The notes under the pieces are model-generated. The model saw only the letters and a program-made list of their open reading frames with translations. It was not told the DNA's origin and ran no database searches. Below, in pieces: positions 51,351-63,891 of a stretch of DNA of 64,000 nt (within the stretch, counting starts at the first letter, position 1; every line of letters begins with the position of its first letter). The DNA lies in NCBI RefSeq assembly GCF_006345805.1, contig NC_042999.1, positions 167,896,001 through 167,960,000 on the forward strand, given 5' to 3'. Origin of the DNA: Octopus sinensis (lineage: Eukaryota). A program made the translations under genes and the position numbers.

Positions 51351-51916
51351 ATATATACATATATTATTCGTATTGTTTTGAATTAATCATGCATTATCTT
51401 GTAGCTTTGAAATTTCAATGTTGATGCATTTGTTTATTTTTAGACAGACATTGTAGAGTATGTGTGAGAGGTCTGATATGACCTGCTTGAATATTAAAGG
51501 TCTAATTACATAAAAACTGTGAACAGGAAAAAAAGATTAAAATAAACCTGACACCCAAGTTGCTATTGTTGTTATTGTTGTTTCAAAGTCCCATGTCAGC
51601 CCCAATTAAATACATCTATTATCAAAGGCATTCCAGTTATGACCATCCTGCTTTTTTGGTTCAGGCATTGTGTACCTCTGACTACATTAGTTGATGTATA
51701 CTTTTTAAAATAGGCTGTGATTTGAAGGAGATTTAGCTGTTATTTGTAGCAAGTTAAGCAATTACCAAGAAGTTACCTCACTTCTAATGGAATTTATACA
51801 TTTAGTAATACCCTTAGACCTTTAGAAGTGCATGGTTGTCACTCACTCTCTTTCTCCTACTTAATGCATGAAGTTAAATAAGAAAACATTGTGAATTGAT
51901 TCACAAAACATAAACA

Positions 51917-52324
51917 GGCGGAGGAGTGGCTGTGTGGTAAGTAGCTTGCTAACCAACCACATGGTTCCGGGTTCAGTCCCACTGCGTGGCATCTTGGGCA
52001 AGTGTCTTCTGCTATAGCCCCGGGCCGACCAATGCCTTGTGAGTGGATTTGGTAGACGGAAACTGAAAGAAGCCTGTCGTATATATGTATATATATATAT
52101 ATATATGTGTGTGTCTGTGTTTGTCCCCCTAGCATTGCTTGACAACCGATGCTGGTATGCTTACGTCCCTGTCACTGAGCGGTTCAGCAAAAGAGACTGA
52201 TAGAATAAGTACTGGGCTTACAAAGAATAAGTCCTGGGGTCGATTTGCTCGACTAAAGGCAGTGCTCCAGCATGGCCACAGTCAAATGACTGAAACAAGT
52301 AAAAGAGTAAAAGAGTAAAAGAGT
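51917..52324 (+). mobile_element. SINE A, near-intact
   Basis: Full architecture. Confidence 0.92.
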
Positions 52325-53779
52325 GGAATAGTCTTTCTGTACATTGATTTTGTTTTTATTATGTTATAATTTATTGTTTATCATATACTAATTACAGTGG
52401 TTGAGGTTGTTAAAGACTTGTACTAACGACCAAAAGGTCACCTCAATAACTTCCTGCAGCTGGTATTGTGGTGTAATCCAGCTCAAAGCAAGGTTGCACA
52501 ATATTTTACTTAAGGCAACTTAAAATAGCACCACCACCCCATCCCACTCACCTACTAAGTAGTTGACTTTATATAATTCCATCCAACCAAAAAATAAAAA
52601 AGAGGGGGAAAAGGAAAACATTTGTTTCAAAGATTTGATGCAATTGTCGAAGTTTATGGAATTGTTGTGGAGAATCCAAAACTGAAAACAATTTGTTTTT
52701 TTATTTAAAAAGAAACTATAGTCAGTGAGAATTAATTGATGTCTATGATTTCAATATGTATGGATGATGGACGGACGGACAGACAGAGGGATGGACGGAT
52801 GTGTAGACACACACAATTGTATAGTCTGAACCATATTTTTTGGTAGTGGGGGTGGGGTTATAATATTTCTTTTTCTAAATAATTTATCTAAAGGAATCTT
52901 CTAGTCAGCTTCTTCTTTGAAAACAAAAAGATGTTAGAATGAATTATTTACTGTGTTGTGATAAAAACAACATTTGCAGTTGGTGAAAAATGCTCACATT
53001 GTAGAATATATTATATAGGGAGAAGAGACCTATCTACAGAAAAAGGCTTAAGGTCTCTAACCCTTTTGTTACCATATTTCTGTTTAAACACCACACTACT
53101 TTTGTGTTAATTAATTTTGAAAATAATTAAGAACTTATTAAAATAACTTAGTTTTTATTAAGCTAGTGTTTGATAAATTAGTTTGGAATCCTGTGTTTGG
53201 TAAATTTAGTTTGGAATCCTGAGGGAAGATTTAAATTTAGTAGACATTAAAATAAGAAGTTTAAATCTTACAACCAGGACAGTTTTAAGTTGCTTGGTAT
53301 CAGAAACAGTTAGATCTTTTGATACCAGCCTGCCCAAGACTGTCAGTTAGTCTTTGATATAAGAAATACTGGTACACCAGTAAAAAGCCTTCTTTAACAA
53401 GTAAAATCACTTAGCCATTCATATAAAAATACCTGCATGCATATATTCACACCATAAACACTTAGTGGATTAACTTGAAATATTGAGAGAATCATTATGT
53501 GGTTTCTTAAACTACTAGAAGTAGCAGTCAAATATTCTTTTCTAAAAAAACCCCTACTCTCTCAAAAAAATGAAGGATACCCAAATAATGTAAAAACTAA
53601 ATAAACTGTGTCTAACTCCAAAGAGGGATGGTCACCACTTTTACCAATTCCAGTTTTTTAGAAAAACAGATAATTTAGTGATGTTTTGCTTTTGGAAAAT
53701 ACATGAAATCTATTTTTAATCATACTTATGTTAATTTAAACATTATTTGAAGCACTCTTAGGAAAACTTACTGTAAGAA

Positions 53780-54147
53780 GCTTGCTTCTGAACTACCTGG
53801 TTCCGGGTTCAGTCCTACTGCATAGCACCTTGGGCAAGTACCTTCTACTATAGCCTTGGGCCAACCAAAGTCTTATGAGTGGATTTGGTAGACAGAAACT
53901 GAAACAAGTCTGTCGTATATGTGGGTGCCTTTGTGGCTGTGTTTGTCTCTCTGTCATTGCTTGACAACTGATGGTGGTGTGCTTATGTCCCCTGTAACTT
54001 AGCGCTTCAGTAAAAATAGCCAATAGAATAAGTACTTACAAAGAATAAGTCCTGGGGGTCGATTTCTTCAATTAAAAGACTCTTTAAGGCAGTGCTCCAA
54101 TATGGCTGCAATCAAATGACTGAAACATGTAAAAGAATAAAAGAGTA
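53780..54147 (+). mobile_element. SINE A, older
   Basis: Diverged head-to-tail match. Confidence 0.8.
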
Positions 54148-54739
54148 GATGTATAAACTTCATATGTATATATATCTATACTTATGTACACACACATATA
54201 CATGTATATACATAGAATGTGTGTGTGTACATATGTTTGGTGAGTTGCTACTGATGACGCATCCAATGTTCTGAGAAACCAGATGTTAATATTTATTGTG
54301 ACAGTTTTTTTGCTTACAAAACTGAATGATATATAACTTTGACTGGCGATCTTCAGAACAAACAACTTTGGTGAAACTTTGCCAACCACATCAGGTGGCA
54401 TATTGTGCAAAAATGTTGGATATTTGTTTTGCATAACTGTCATTACATCTGAACAACTATCTTTGAACTTCCAATTCATAGACACAGTGCTGGAACCAAA
54501 TACTATCCTCCTTCTATGCTGAAATTTGTTGATGGTTTGTTTTCTATGGCTATTTATTCAACCCACAAAAATGAAGGGAAATATATATATTAGTCTTTAG
54601 TAAATGTGAACCTAGAACATTAAAGCAAAAGGGTCATGTTAACATATAATTCAAGAAGTTTGGTATTCCACCTTATATGCTATGGGATTTCTCTTTAAAA
54701 CTATGATTTTTATAAAACCTGTATACAGTTCATATACTG

Positions 54740-55172
54740 ACTTCAAACTTTGGCACAAGGCCTGCAATTACGGGCGTGGGGTGGAGCAAATCGATTACAT
54801 TGACCCCTATGCTTAACTGGTACTTATTTTATCAACCATGGAAGGATAAACAGCAAAGTTAACCTCAGCAGAATGTCAACTCAGAACATGAAAACAGACA
54901 AAACACCCCTAAGGATTTTTTTGCCTAGCATGCTAATGATTCTGCCAGCTCGTCACCTTAACTTGAGTTCAAATTGGCACAAGGCCAGCAATTTCGGGCT
55001 GTGCAGAGTCAATTACATTGACCGCAGTGCACAACTGGTACTTATTTTTCTCAACCCTGGAAGGATGGACAGCAAAGTTACCTCAGCAGAATTTGAGCTC
55101 TGACATTAAGCTAGATGAAATGTGGCTAATCATTTTGTCCATTGTGCTAAAGATTCTGCCAACTCGCTGCCT
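54740..55172 (-). mobile_element. Two tandem diverged SINE B-related copies
   Basis: Two copies of aactggtacttatttt...ggaaggat..cagcaaagtt.acctcagcagaat. Confidence 0.7.
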
Positions 55173-55271
55173 TATAGAGTTCACATATTGCAAACAATTA
55201 TGGTTTGACCAATGCATGTCATTGGCCACCACTGAGTATAGCACAGATCGAATTCACCACAATTATTCTAA

Positions 55272-55695
55272 TACTCTTCTTTTCTTTTTTTTTTTTTTAC
55301 TTATTTCAGTCATTTGACTGCGGCCATGCTGGAGCACCGCCTTTAGTCGAGTAAATCGACCCCGGGACTTATTCTTTGTAAGCCCAGTACTTATTCTATC
55401 GGTCTCTTTTGCCGAACCGCTAAGTGACGGGGACGTAAACACACCACCATCGGTTGTCAAGCAATGCTAGGGGAACAAACACAGACACACAAACATATTC
55501 ACACAGACTTATATATATATATACATATATACGACAGGCTTCTTTCAGTTTCCATCTATCAAATCCACTCACAAGGCATTGGTCAGCCCGGGGCTATAGC
55601 AGAAGACACTTGCCCAAGATGCCACGCAGTGGGACTGAACCCAGAACCATGTGGTTGGTTAGCAAGCTACTTACCAAACAGCCACTCCTGCGCCT
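55272..55695 (-). mobile_element. SINE A with a duplicated 5' end (55699-55718)
   Basis: acagccactcctgcg repeated immediately after the head. Confidence 0.9.
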
Positions 55696-57805
55696 ATAAC
55701 AGCCACTCCTGCGGCTATATTTAATCCTCATATTTAATGTTTAATTTCTCTCTTGCTTAAAATATACAATGTATTGGAGCATTTTCCCTCAATTGAATCA
55801 AAGCTTTTTAATCTGTAATAATAATTATAACCTAGTTGCAGGTATGGCTGTGCAGCTGAGAAGTTTACTTTCGAACCACATGGTTTTGAATTCAGTCCCA
55901 CTACAGGGCGCTTTGGGCAAGTGCTTCCAATGACTTACAAGTAAATTTAATAAATGGAAACTATGTGGAAACCTGTCGTGTGTGTGTGTGTGTCTTTGTA
56001 TTTATATTTGTCACCCAACCACCACTTAACAGCTGTTGAAAAGAAAAGCAGGATAGTCATAACTGGAACGCCTTTGACAAGACCAGCTCAAGGTGCTAGC
56101 AACTCAGGCAGACTGTCAAGGAGGGATTGACAAAGACAAGGAAATTTCTCTGACCATCAGCTTGTACATGCTAAAGTTTAGTTTGCCCAGGGCGCAAGCA
56201 ACCCTAGCACCAGTCCTGACCTTTGATCGTAGATGTATTTCATTCTAAATATTGCCTTAAAAGAAAAAGATTTCGTTAAAAGTTATGTTGAAACTCTCTG
56301 GTTTCAATACTATCAACATTGTATTTTGAATAAGGATACATCACAAGTATCACTGCTGTGTTATTTCCAAATACTACAAATTACATAGAGTTATGTAATT
56401 GATGTTCATTGACAATGTCAATCTTCTTCCTACTGATATATATATATATATTTATATACTAACCCAAGTTACGGTTGCTACAACTTGTACTAGTACAATT
56501 ATACATTAATGAGAATTTTAATGCTGATGCAATCACGCTCAAGCAAGACAAAATGCAGAGACATATGCCTAACTGCATATAGTTATTAGTACATACTTAC
56601 ATGTATAAATACATACAAATAAATTATTTACTTGAAAGCATATTCATTTCAAGATGAGTTTTCAATGATACCAATATAATATATCAAGAAAGCTACCCTA
56701 TGGTAGATTCTTGTTGCTTTCTACAGGAAGCATGAGCTCAAAAGATTTTTTAAGAGAGGAGGAAAATAAGAACTGTTTTGTACATTCCCCAGTAGTATTA
56801 ATAATGTATGGTAGATAGCTATAACTAGAAATCAAAACTGCATTGCAAACTCAGCATGTTGTGAGCTTACCTGCTATTCTACAATACTCACTGTTCATAC
56901 TGTAATTTAGTCATTCATCACAGATATAAGCTGCAATAGCAAGCCAGTGTGTTTGACTCTACATTGTCAGTTGGTCTGCTAGAAATAGCAACTAAATCTT
57001 CCTCAAATCATATGCTATCATCTTAAAAGTGGAAGGATACATTGGAAAGGTACAAGTGTTAGACACCCTTAAAAAGACATGACAGTCACAGCTGCATCAT
57101 AGTCTTGCATCATAGATCTGCTTATCAGTTCTGATTCGGACTAAGCAACCACAGCCTAACCTACAATGGATGTAAAGTTCTCTGCTTTCTTCCTAATCTT
57201 TAAATGTAGTCAAGCAATTTAAAAATATAAGCCACAGTTTTTCAATTATATCTGTAAATATACACCGTGGGGCATTTGTTATAGAAAGAATGAAAATTAA
57301 AAATCATTCAATTTACAAGAAAATACTTGAATTCTTGTAGGTAATTTTAAATATAAAAACATGCTAGCATTTAATTTTTGGTAATTACACATAACAAGCT
57401 GCATTTGCAGAGATTCAAACTGACTCACACGCAAACCATTTATATTATATAACAAATGTTTTCAACTACAACATATTTTGCTTCTCTAACAACTGTTTAG
57501 ATGAGATAATTTCTCATTTGACAAGCGAATGGTGTTCCTGGTTCCTTGAGAGATATCATGAGGTTTTCATAAAAAATTATTTGCTTACAAGAGTCTTCTT
57601 CCCTCACTACATACCTAGTTAATTGTCTTTCTTTCTATCTGTTTATCTCTCTATCCATTTGGCTATGTATTTTCTCTCTCTCTATATATATATATATCTA
57701 CCCACCCACCCACCCACCCACCCATCCATCCATCCATCCATCCATCCATCCATCCATCCATCCATCCATCCATCCATCCATCCATCCATCCATCCATCCA
57801 TCCAT

Positions 57806-58200
57806 CCAAAAGGAGTCGGCAGAAACTCCATACATTGTGCTTTATGTAAATAATAAACGCTCAAGAGATGTAGAGGGATCTCAAATAGGCCAACAACAAA
57901 GACAGCTTTATTATGTTCCCAGGGTACAGCAACATTAAGGAATATACCCAGGAGATAGATTCTCTCAACTACTCAGAAAGCTCCTTATAAACAGTCAGTT
58001 TTTGTTATTTAGGTGGTTTAATCAGTAGGTGGGATGAGTATTCTGGGAACATAGTTGCCAAGGAAAGAAAGGGTTAGAAAAAATTTAGGGAGCTACAACT
58101 ACTACTACTGGCAAAAAAATAGTGCTACATGCCTGTGAGACTTGTAAAGGCCAGAACTGTGACAATGTGTAAATATACAAAATGATACATAAAAATTGAA
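57806..58200 (+). pseudogene. Old RTE RT fragment
   Basis: [14 protein letters not shown] and TVSFCYLGGLIS motifs; stops. Confidence 0.65.
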
Positions 58201-58539
58201 AGAAATGTCCAAATGTTGCAGCTTTTGTTTGCAGTAGATGTAACAATGTACATGGAGATACATTCATACATGTGGATTTAGGAGTTTAATGTGTGTTTAA
58301 TATATATCATTGTCCATGCTGGCATGGGTTGGACGGTTTGACCAGAGCTGGCAAGCTGGGCAGGGCTGCACCAGACTCTAGTCTGATTTGGCATAGTTTC
58401 TATGTCTGGATGCCCTTCCTAGCAACAACCAATTTACAGAGTATCCTGGGCACTTTTACATGGTGCTGTACAAGGGCTTTTATATGGCACCACCACAAGT
58501 GCTTTACCCCACCAGAAGGATCAGTCTTAACACTTCTGC

Positions 58540-58583
<44 letters not shown>

Positions 58584-59281
58584 GTAGATGTACTTGCCTA
58601 GCAAGTGACCTGATCTGAGATCATGTGCTGGAACAAAAACAATTGCAACATGGAAGGTGTTTATAAGCCATTTAAAAACACACAAAAACCGTTAGATTCA
58701 CTTCAACATTTAAATTTAATTTGTTGAAATATTTTCGGCACTTTGAGACCGCAACCTGTTCATTGAGAAAATTCCGTGCTGTAGTTTTTTGTGTGTTTTT
58801 AAATGGCTTATAAACGCCTTCCACACTATAATTATATATATATATACACACACACATATGTATGTATATATTTACTTGAGATACACAAAGCAAAGTTGAG
58901 TGAATTATAGGTGTGTACAATTATATTTAACACATTGATGTATGCTTGGATATGAAAAGACCTTCACTATGGAAACGGTCTCAAGAGAAAAAAGTTCTCC
59001 TTATTCACAGCCCAACTGTGTATTTTCACATATATTGTCTATAAGGAGAATTATTCTCTCTAGACAGTTTCTGCAGCAAAGATTTTTCACATCTTATTAT
59101 ACATTTTTAACTGTACACACCCATATACATACATGCATGCACACACACACACACACACACACAAGTGAGTGAAAAAGTAAAAGTATCACTCTATTCATTT
59201 AGTTGGAGTTACATGTATTTAATAGCAGTTTGACTCAGCTTCACATGACTTAATTTTGTGGGTGCATAGAATATGTCCATC

Positions 59282-59325
59282 GCATCTGATGAGATGAACA
59301 TGTCGCACAAAACTTTGAGTCATGT
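59282..59325 (+). ncRNA. Decayed type I hammerhead motif
   Basis: GCAU-CUGAUGA-g...c-AAAAC-UUUGA-GUC/AUGU; G12->A is consistent with CpG decay; stem II is poor. Confidence 0.45.
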
Positions 59326-59338
59326 GGTGCTAAGTCAT

Positions 59339-59389
<51 letters not shown>

Positions 59390-61274
59390 GTATCACTGTG
59401 TGATTAAGTAGTTCACTTCCCAACCACAGTGTGTTTCTTTGGAGTAAGTAGCTTCTGAGTAGAACTTGATAGATGGAAATTGAAAGAGGCCTATGATGTA
59501 TGTGTAAGTGTCTGTACATCTGTGTTAGTGGATCTCTGTGCATTTGTGTTTCCTTGTTTTAATATCGCTCAACATTTGGAAGCAAGTTCCACCATCATAA
59601 AAGCAGTGTCTTTCGTTTCCAATGTTTCATAAAATATATTTTTTTAAATGTGTATCAGGCCATGAGGAAGTGTTACCTTGCATGGAAACAGGTAAGAGTT
59701 GGCAACATGAAGGGCATGCAGCCATAGTAAATCAGCTTCAGGGAATTTTGACTGACCCATGCAGCCATGGAAAAGTTAGCATTAAAACAATGATGAAGAA
59801 ACTTATTAGAGATGTGTTGTCTGTAAGAAAACTTGTCAAACACATTATTTATCAAATATAAACATTGCTAAGAAACAAAAACACAGCTCAATACACAGCA
59901 ACAAGAACACTTAATCATTATAGCATGAACGATTTTGTTGGAAATAGTCTACTTGTAGTAGAGTCATTTTGTGTGTTCCACAGAAGCTCTAGTATTGTAG
60001 AGTACTGCTGTATTGGTTTTGCTGCTTTGTAACTAAACTAATGTTTCGTTTTAATAAATACTTATAAATGTTGTGATAAATTACAGAAGGGAAATGGAAA
60101 TAATGGAAAAAATCGGTGTGGGTTTTCAGAAACAACCATTACTGGTTTATTGATTCTGAATTTATACATCTCACAACAAATTCATCTTTCTTTCTTAGAT
60201 CAGGTTAAGAATTGCACATTATTCAAAGATAAATAAGAACTAATTGTCTTCATTTTAGCATATCATTTTTATTACAGATATCTAAATTGGAATAGGCTAT
60301 ATTTTCAATCATATTTGCTACCTCAGTTTAACATTTATTGAGAAAATAAAGTGATATTTAATACTTAGCCGGAAAGAAACATTTGTCACAAGTATAATAT
60401 AAAATTAACATCTTTTGCACTTATTTGCCAATTATTTCAGAATCACTTCCCACACTTCTTACTACAAATATTAGCTAACAAATATTAAATATATTTTATA
60501 AAGAAGATACATTAAATACTTTAAAATATATAGTAGTACTTCTACACATTTTTATACACAATATTTCTGCAAATTGTTGATTTGTCGTTCATTCTGAAGA
60601 GGTTTACAGTATTATTGTACTTCAATTATATAAATTCTTGTGGCCAATTTCAAATAATATCTTAGCTAAACTTTAGATATATATTACATAGATATTAAAT
60701 TCAAAACTAATATTTTGCTTACAAACACTAACCAGTACACCCACAAATGTTACTAAGCCATGTTATTTTTATGTAATAGATGAAACAGCAGGTAGTAAAC
60801 TTAGGAGCTTAATATAATTTGTCCAATGCCAGAACATTTAGATTAATTAGTATAAAAGATATTTTTGGCCCTACAGCATTCCTATAGCATTCCGTCTCAA
60901 ATTACAACCCAGTTTTCTTGTTAAATCATTTCTATCAACTTCTGTTAGTTCTTCAATGACCTATAACTATTGCTTTCATTCTCCTGAAATTAAACCATGT
61001 ATTTCATTTCCAGTTCTTGAAATATTTCTTAGAAAAATATTTAAATTCTGTGCAGTATTTCTTAGAAATATTTATCTATATACCTATCTGTCTATTGGTC
61101 TATCTCTCTGTTTGCTTGTCTATCTATCTATCTATCTATCTGTTCATCTGTTTGTTTGTTTGTTTATCTATCTGTCTATCTATTTATGTGTGTGGGTGTA
61201 TGTGTATTTATGTATATGCATGTATGTGTGTACGTAACATTTATGAAATATATTTTCCTAATATTTCTTAATAG

Positions 61275-61301
61275 CTGAATGCTAAGTGGCAACTCTCAAC
61301 G
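61275..61301 (+). CDS. Candidate 27-nt microexon (LNAKWQLST), unknown host gene
   Basis: Branch-like cctaat, acceptor atttcttaatag, ACG|gtaagt donor, length 3n, single open frame (phase 0). Confidence 0.35.
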
Positions 61302-62120
61302 GTAAGTTTGATAAATAATGTGCTCTACTTCTTAAGAAAAAAGCAGCAACAAAAATACCTAAGGCAGGTTAAACATGAACATGGGAAGAAAATTTGATAC
61401 AGACAGATAGTGAAGTCCATAGATACATTATATTTAGTGTAGTCAATAAATTCTAGATAACTTCAAACATCACACTGACAATAACAGTCTTCATTAAAGT
61501 CTCCCTCATAGACATCCCAGCTTCTAGCACCATTTTCTCATCGTTTTAACCGTTCCATCCAAAGTTTCTCACATGTGCTGTCTTGTATTGAAGAAAGTTC
61601 TTACCTTTAACCTTCCTCAATTTCAGAACCTCAGATGAAATGAATAAGGATAATTCTTCTCATTCTGTCAAAAGACTCACCTCTTTGAGAAACTTTTCAC
61701 TATTTCATCCATCCAATTTGTTTTGCAAAGTGGCTATCATGATGATGATGGTGATGATGATGAGGATGATGATGGTTTGACAACAATGATGATAGATATT
61801 GATAACAGTGATATTGAGGGCATTAATGTAATAGTGATGGTAATGATTGCGGGGATGATGATGATGATGGTGATACTGAAGATGGAAGATGGAAGTGTGT
61901 CTCAAGTCCCAGTCTCTTCAACTGATATTTGTATGGCCAACACTATTCAACAGTACTTTTTGATATTACAGATATTATTATCAAAACAGTTTAGATTTGA
62001 AGGCAATGTTGTTAATATTTTTTGTTAAAAATGAAAATGTTATATAGAAGGTTATACAGAAATTCACCAGGGGACTTGTAATCAACGATTATCAGTTACA
62101 AGGTCTTTATCAAATTTTTT

Positions 62121-62324
62121 TATTCTTTTTCTTGTTTCAGTCATTTGACTGTGGCCATGCTAGAGCACCTCTTTCAAAGGTTTTATCAAACAAATTGGCC
62201 CCATACCTTTTTTCTTTTTAAAGCCTAGTACTTATTCCATTGCTCTCTTTTGCAGAACCACTAAGTCACTAGGACATAAACACACCAACACTGGTTGTCA
62301 AGAGGTAATGGGGAGACAATCACA

Positions 62325-62360
<36 letters not shown>

Positions 62361-62512
62361 ATGAGCTTCTTTCAGTTTCCATCTACCAAATCTACTCACA
62401 AAGCTTTGGTCGGCCCAAGGCTATAGTAAAAGACACTCACCCAAGGGGCCACACAGTAGCCAGGAAACATGTGGTTAAGAACCAAGCTTCTTGCCACACA
62501 GCCATGCCTGCA
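62121..62512 (-). mobile_element. SINE A, older
   Basis: Diverged full architecture. Confidence 0.82.
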
Positions 62513-62534
62513 TATATAATTATGTTTCTCTGTG

Positions 62535-62588
<54 letters not shown>

Positions 62589-63085
62589 TATGCTTACATC
62601 ATATATAATCAGAGGATCTAGAGTGACTAGGCTAGGAAATGAAAAGTAAAATGATTGGGTTGATAGAGTACCAGAAAACCAACTGAGAAGTCAGTTCTAG
62701 AATATCTTGTAATGTAAACTGCATTGTGTCTGGAGCAAGACAACAACTCTAATACAGCCCAGATGACTTAGTTGTTGTAGTGGTTGCTGTTGCCAGTGTA
62801 GAACTATGGTAAAAGATATTCCATTCATAACAACCCTGTCTTTTTATACACCCAAGTTTACATGGTCATTTTTTAATTTTTATTTTTGTCATTTTCTTAA
62901 AACATTAGGTTCTGATTTGAGAAAGATTTGGCTGCTATTTCTTGCAGATCAAATGACTACATAGATGCTCCCTCTTGGGCTCAAGATCAATTTTTAATAA
63001 CCAATGGTAGCACTATAAAATCAACAAGTGTTGTGTAAGTATACAATGCTGAATGTTATGGAATTGGAAAAGCCTATCCAGTAGT

Positions 63086-63474
63086 GGATGGAAGCACTCC
63101 GTCGGTTACGACGATGAGGGTTCCGGTTGATCCAAATCAACGGAACAGCCTGCTCGTGAAATTAACGTGTAAGTGACTGAGCACTCCACAGACACGTGTA
63201 CTCTTAATGTAGTTCTCGGGGATATTCAGCGTGACACAGAGAGTGACAAGGCTGGCCCCTTGAAATACAGGTACAACAGAAACAGGAAGTAAGAGTGAGA
63301 GAAAGTTGTGGTGAAAGAGTACAGCAGGGATCACCACCATCCCCTGCCGGAGCCTCGTGGAGCTTTTAGGTGTTTTCGCTCAATAAACACTCACAACGCC
63401 TGGTCTGGGAATTGAAACCGCGATCCTATGACCGCGAGTCCGCTGCCCTAATCACTGGGCCATTGCGCCTCCAC
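63086..63474 (-). mobile_element. tRNA-derived SINE family C, full-length
   Basis: Head gtggaggcgcaatggcccagtgattagggcagcggactcgcggtcataggatcgcggtttcaattccc with A/B boxes; 3' stem-loop gttccgttgat-ttgg-atcaaccggaac. Confidence 0.88.
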
Positions 63475-63670
63475 GAGATTTAGTATTATGGATCTGGTTA
63501 TCTTACAGTTTTAATTTCCAGCCCTGCCTGATAGTTTTTTTTTTGTGTTTTTTTTTGGCCCCATCACAAACCAGATCTAGTTGTTGCTATGGCTGAGCAG
63601 ATTTATGATCAAGACATTCTGATCATCTTCATTATTCAATGTGTTTTAAAGAAAGTGGGGTAGAATTTAA

Positions 63671-63891
63671 CCCTTTTGCATTCAGATTATTCTGTCAAAG
63701 GTAATGCTTAATTATTCACATTGATTTAAATTAATTATGCATTATCTCATAGCTTTGAGATTTCAGTGATGTGATAGTTTACTTTTGATATGGTATTATA
63801 GGGTAGGTTGTGAGAGGCTGGATTTAGCCAGTTTGAATATCAAACAAATAGAATAGTTTGGACAGATGTAGCTGGTTTAAATGCTAAAAGG
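63671..63891. mobile_element. piggyBac-type MITE
   Basis: TTAA flanks at 63667-63670 and 63892-63895; body as at 31044. Confidence 0.8.

Noticed and set aside
54084-54520. 133-aa minus-strand ORF (MNWKFKDSCSD...) with a gtaagc donor-like site
   Set aside because: Poor acceptor, no recognisable domain, runs into microsatellite/SINE sequence; the alternative frame only faintly resembles a mariner N-terminus.
1969-62028. Numerous ORFs rich in YI/HT/VC/SL/I/M repeats and recurring 'MSSNARGTNTDTQ...' or 'MLGGQTQTH...' peptides
   Set aside because: They are translations of microsatellites and the antisense strand of SINE A; their recurrence reflects SINE copy number, not a gene family.
63105-63175. 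cGAUGAG...CUCGUGAAA hammerhead-like spacing in SINE C
   Set aside because: On the antisense strand of the SINE, lacks CU of CUGANGA and has no stem I/III; explained by the SINE's 3' stem-loop.
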